Assembly (NCBI GenBank): GCA_964016885.1
Contig: OZ024744.1
Location: forward strand, 128,030,001 to 128,094,000
Source of the DNA: Eledone cirrhosa
Taxonomy: Eukaryota
Direction of reading: 5' to 3'
Length of the DNA: 64,000 nt
Below, one piece after another: positions 59,720-64,000 of this stretch. A program made the position numbers and the translations under genes. Position 1 is the stretch's first letter; the number at the start of each line of letters is the position of its first letter. The notes beneath the pieces were generated by a model. That model saw only the letters and a program-made list of their open reading frames with translations. It made no database searches and was not told the DNA's origin.

Positions 59720-61950
59720 TTAAGTTAAGTTGGGGTTAACTTAAGTTGGGGTTAAGTTGGGGTTAAGTTAAGTTGGGGTTAAATTAAGTTGGGGGTTAGT
59801 TAAGTTGGGGCAAGTTAAGTTGGGGTTAATTTAAGTTGGGGTTAAGTTAAGTTGGGGTTAAGTTAAGTTGGGGGTAAGTTAAGTTGGGGTTAAGTTAAGT
59901 TGGGGGTAAGTTAAGTTGAGGGTAAGTTAAGTTGGGGTTAAGTTAAGTTGGGGTTAAATTAAGTTGAGGTTAAGTTAAGTTGGGGTTAAGTTAAGTTGGG
60001 GGTAAGATAAGTTGGGGGTAAGATAAGTTGGGGCTAAGTTAAGTTGGGGCTAAGTCAAGTTGGGGTTAATTCAAGTTGAGGTTAACTTAAGTTGGGGTTA
60101 AGTTAAGTTGGGGTTAAGTTAAGTTGGGGTTAAGGTAAGTTGGGGTTATGTTAAGTTGGGGCTATGTTAAGTTGGGGCTAAGTTAAGTTGGGGCTGAGTT
60201 AAGTTGGGGTTAAGTTAAGTTGGGGTTGAGTTAAGTTGGGGTTAAGTTAAGTTGGGATTAAGTTAAGTTGGGGTTAAGTTAAGTTCGGCTTGAGTTAAGT
60301 TGGGGTTAAGTTAAGTTGGGGTTAATTTAAGTTGGGGTTAAGTTAAGTTGGGGTTAAGATAAGTTGGGGTTAAGTTAAGTTGGGGTTAAGTTAAGTTGGG
60401 GTTGAGTTAATTTGGGGTTAAGTTAAGTTGGGGTTAACTTAAGTTGGGGTTAAGTTGGGGTTGAGTTAAGTTGGGGGTAGGTTAAGTTGGGGGCAAGTTT
60501 AGTTGGGGTTAATTTAAGTTGGGGTTACGTTAAGTTGGGCGTAAGTTAAGTCGGGGTTAAGTTAAGTTGGGGTTAAGTTAAGTTGGGTTTAAGTTAAGTT
60601 GGGGCTAAGTTAAGTTGGAGCTAAGTTAAGTTGGGGCTGAGTTAAGTTGGGGGTAAGTTAAGTTGGGGTTAAGTTAAGTTGGGGTTCAGTTCAGTTGGGG
60701 TTAAGTTAAGTTGGGGTTAAGTTAAGCTGGGGTTAAGTTAAGTTGGGGTTAAGTTAAGTTGGGGTTAAGTTAAGTTGGGGTTAAGTTAAGTTGGGGTTGA
60801 GTTAAGTTGGGGTTGAGTTAAGTTGGGGTTAAGTTAAGTTGGGGTTAACTTAAGTTGGGGTTAAGTTGGGGTTAAGTTAAGTTGGGGTTAAATTAAGTTG
60901 GGGGTTAGTTAAGTTGGGGCAAGTTAAGTTGGGGTTAATTTAAGTTGGGGTTAAGTTAAGTTGGGGTTAAGTTAAGTTGGGGGTAAGTTAAGTTGGGGTT
61001 AAGTTAAGTTGGGGGTAAGTTAAGTTGAGGGTAAGTTAAGTTGGGGTTAAGTTAAGTTGGGGTTAAATTAAGTTGAGGTTAAGTTAAGTTGGGGTTAAGT
61101 TAAGTTGGGGGCAAGATAAGTTGGGGGTAAGATAAGTTGGGGCTAAGTTAAGTTGGGGCTAAGTCAAGTTGGGGTTAATTCAAGTTGAGGTTAACTTAAG
61201 TTGGGGTTAAGTTAAGTTGGGGTTAAGTTAAGTTGGGGTTAAGGTAAGTTGGGGTTATGTTAAGTTGGGGCTATGTTAAGTTGGGGCTAAGTTAAGTTGG
61301 GGCTGAGTTAAGTTGGGGTTAAGTTAAGTTGGGGTTGAGTTAAGTTGGGGTTAAGTTAAGTTGGGATTAAGTTAAGTTGGGGTTAAGTTAAGTTCGGCTT
61401 GAGTTAAGTTGGGGTTAAGTTAAGTTGGGGTTAATTTAAGTTGGGGTTAAGTTAAGTTGGGGTTAAGATAAGTTGGGGTTAAGTTAAGTTGGGGTTAAGT
61501 TAAGTTGGGGTTGAGTTAATTTGGGGTTAAGTTAAGTTGGGGTTAACTTAAGTTGGGGTTAAGTTGGGGTTGAGTTAAGTTGGGGGTAGGTTAAGTTGGG
61601 AGCAAGTTTAGTTGGGGTTAATTTAAGTTGGGGTTACGTTAAGTTGGGCGTAAGTTAAGTCGGGGTTAAGTTAAGTTGGGGTTAAGTTAAGTTGGGTTTA
61701 AGTTAAGTTGGGGCTAAGTTAAGTTGGAGCTAAGTTAAGTTGGGGCTGAGTTAAGTTGGGGGTAAGTTAAGTTGGGGTTAAGTTAAGTTGGGGTTCAGTT
61801 CAGTTGGGGTTAAGTTAAGTTGGGGTTAAGTTAAGCTGGGGTTAAGTTAAGTTGGGGTTAAGTTAAGTTGGGGTTAAGTTAAGTTGGGGTTAAGTTAAGT
61901 TGGGGTTGAGTTAAGTTGGGGTTGAGTTAAGTTGGGGTTAAGTTAAGTTG
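59720..61950 (+). repeat. 1109-bp tandem duplication
   Basis: CTATGTT at 60162/61271 and the ACG of TTACGTTAAGTTGGGCG at 60527/61636, both offsets 1109. Confidence 0.9.
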
Positions 61951-62559
61951 GGGTTAAGTTAAGTTGGGGTTAAGTTAAGTTGGGGTTAAGTTAAGTTGGG
62001 GGTAAGTTAAGTTGGGGGCAAGTTAAGTTGGGGTTAAGTTAAGTTGAGGTTAAGTTAAGTTGGGGTTAAGTTAAGTTAGGGTTAATTTCAGTTGGGGTTA
62101 TGTTAAGTTGGGGTTAAGTTAAGTTGGGGTTAAGTTAAGTTGGGGTAAAGTTAAGTTAGGGTTAAGTTAAGTTGGGGTTAAGTTAAGTTGGGGTTAAATT
62201 AAGTTGGGGTTAAGTTAAGTTGGGGTTAAGTTAAGTTGGGGTTAAATTAAGTTGGGGTTCAGTTAAGTTGGGGTTAAATTAAGTTGGGGTTAAGTTAAGT
62301 TGGGGTTAGTTAAGTTGGGGTTAAGTTAAGTTGGGGTTAAGTTAAGTTGGGGTTAAGTTAAGTTGGGGTTAAATTAAGTTGGGGTTAAGTTAAGTTGGGG
62401 TTAAGTTAAGTTGGGGTTAAGTTAAGTTAGGGTTAATTTCAGTTGGGGTTATGTTAAGTTGGGGTTAAGTTAAGTTGGGGTTAAGTTAAAGTTGGGGTTA
62501 AGTTAAGTTGGCGTAAAGTTAAGTTAGGGTTAAGTTAAGTTGGGGTTAAGTTAAGTTGG

Positions 62560-64000
62560 GGTTAAGTTAAGTTGGGGGTAAGTTAAGTTGAGGGTAAGTT
62601 AAGTTGGGGTTAAGTTAAGTTGGGGTTAAATTAAGTTGAGGTTAAGTTAAGTTGGGGTTAAGTTAAGTTGGGGGTAAGATAAGTTGGGGGTAAGATAAGT
62701 TGGGGCTAAGTTAAGTTGGGGCTAAGTCAAGTTGGGGTTAATTCAAGTTGAGGTTAACTTAAGTTGGGGTTAAGTTAAGTTGGGGTTAATTTAAGTTGGG
62801 GTTAAGTTAAGTTGGGGTTAAGATAAGTTGGGGTTAAGTTAAGTTGGGGTTAAGTTAAGTTGGGGTTGAGTTAATTTGGGGTTAAGTTAAGTTGGGGTTA
62901 ACTTAAGTTGGGGTTAAGTTGGGGTTAAGTTAAGTTGGGGGTAGGTTAAGTTGGGGGCAAGTTTAGTTGGGGTTAAGTTAAGTTGGGGTTACGTTAAGTT
63001 GGGCGTAAGTTAAGTCGGGGTTAAGTTAAGTTGGGGTTAAGTTAAGTTGGGTTTAAGTTAAGTTGGGGCTAAGTTAAGTTGGAGCTAAGTTAAGTTGGGG
63101 CTGAGTTAAGTTGGGGGTAAGTTAAGTTGGGGTTAAGTTAAGTTGGGGTTCAGTTAAGTTGGGGTTAAGTTAAGTTGGGGTTAAGTTAAGCTGGGGTTAA
63201 GTTAAGTTGGGGTTAAGTTAAGTTGGGGTTAAGTTAAGTTGGGGTTAAGTTAAGTTGGGGTTGAGTTAAGTTGGGGTTGAGTTAAGTTGGGGTTAAGTTA
63301 AGTTGGGGTTAAGTTAAGTTGGGGTTAAGTTAAGTTGGGGTTAAGTTAAGTTGGGGTTAAGTTAAGTTGGGGGTAAGTTAAGTTGGGGGCAAGTTAAGTT
63401 GGGGTTAAGTTAAGTTGGGGTTAAGTTAAGTTGGGGTTAAGTTAAGTTAGGGTTAATTTCAGTTGGGGTTATGTTAAGTTGGGGTTAAGTTAAGTTGGGG
63501 TTAAGTTAAAGTTGGGGTTAAGTTAAGTTGGGGTAAAGTTAAGTTAGGGTTAAGTTAAGTTGGGGTTAAGTTAAGTTGGGGTTAAATTAAGTTGGGGTTA
63601 AGTTAAGTTGGGGTTAAGTTAAGCTGGGGTTAAATTAAGTTGGGGTTCAGTTAAGTTGGGGTTAAATTAAGTTGGGGTTAAGTTAAGTTGGGGTTAGTTA
63701 AGTTGGGGTTAAGTTAAGTTGGGGTTAAGTTAAGTTGGGGTTAAGTTAAGTTGGGGTTAAATTAAGTTGGGGTTAAGTTAAGTTGGGGTTAAGTTAAGTT
63801 GGGGTTAAGTTAAGTTAGGGTTAATTTCAGTTGGGGTTATGTTAAGTTGGGGTTAAGTTAAGTTGGGGTTAAGTTAAAGTTGGGGTTAAGTTAAGTTGGC
63901 GTAAAGTTAAGTTAGGGTTAAGTTAAGTTGGGGTTAAGTTAAGTTGGGGTTAAATTAAGTTGGGGTTAAGTTAAGTTGGGGTTAAGTTAAGTTAGGGTTA
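62560..64000 (+). repeat. Copy of the about 56050-57445 block (offset about 6556), truncated by the window end
   Basis: GGAGCTAAG at 56525/63081 and GGCGTAAAG at 57342/63898, both offsets 6556. Confidence 0.8.

Larger units (their letters stand above)
1..64000 (+). repeat. Tandem satellite array, 16-bp monomer GGGGTTAAGTTAAGTT, about 4,000 copies, single orientation, extending beyond both window edges
   Basis: The motif is directly visible on every line. The consensus monomer has 6 G, 6 T, 4 A and 0 C (37.5% GC). Many monomers carry 1-2 substitutions, and 11-, 15- and 17-bp length variants occur. No non-repeat segment was seen. Confidence 0.99.

Noticed and set aside
1-64000. Protein-coding ORFs on either strand
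   Set aside because: The palindromic TTAA gives TAA on both strands twice per monomer, and the 16-bp period rotates the frame, so all six frames are closed within a few monomers.
1-64000. CRISPR array or other repeat-spacer system
   Set aside because: The repeats are directly abutting 16-mers with no unique spacers, leader or cas genes.
1-64000. Canonical telomerase-synthesised terminal tract
   Set aside because: Point variants are frequent and are inherited in ordered kilobase blocks, there is no visible gradient to pure repeat at either end, and no chromosome end lies in the window. It is kept only as a possible evolutionary origin.
1-64000. A single regular higher-order repeat period
   Set aside because: Marker spacings are irregular (955, 1109, 1658, 2108, about 2900, 6061, 7016, 9588 and others), so the structure is a nested mosaic.
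1-64000. Variants as random sequencing noise, or as an encoded message or synthetic construct
   Set aside because: Variants recur in identical order at exact offsets, so they are not noise, and duplication plus point mutation accounts for the pattern without invoking a code.
1-64000. Assignment to a species or to centromere function
   Set aside because: There is no unique flanking sequence and I do not recognise the monomer with confidence. A database search and chromatin data would be needed.

Overview
The whole 64,000-bp window is one uninterrupted, single-orientation tandem array of a 16-bp monomer, consensus GGGGTTAAGTTAAGTT (reverse complement AACTTAACTTAACCCC), roughly 4,000 copies. 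Both ends of the window lie inside the array. I found no genes, RNA genes, CRISPR spacers, transposon insertions or inversions. The monomer can be read as (TTAAG)2+TTGGGG. It is telomere-like, with a G/T-rich strand almost free of C and one GGGG tract per unit. The structure of interest lies in the variant monomers. Rare substitutions and indels recur in fixed order and reveal nested duplications at many scales: single monomers, 112, 368, 544, about 955-1350, 1109, 1658, 2108, about 2900, about 3600, about 4100, about 5800-7016 and 9588 bp, plus a roughly 28-32.5 kb collinear repetition of the left half of the window in the right half. This looks like eukaryotic satellite DNA (centromeric, pericentromeric or subtelomeric) expanded by recombination or replication rather than a telomerase-written tract. 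The organism and function cannot be determined from the sequence. Offsets were counted by eye from marker motifs, so block boundaries are approximate (plus or minus a few monomers).
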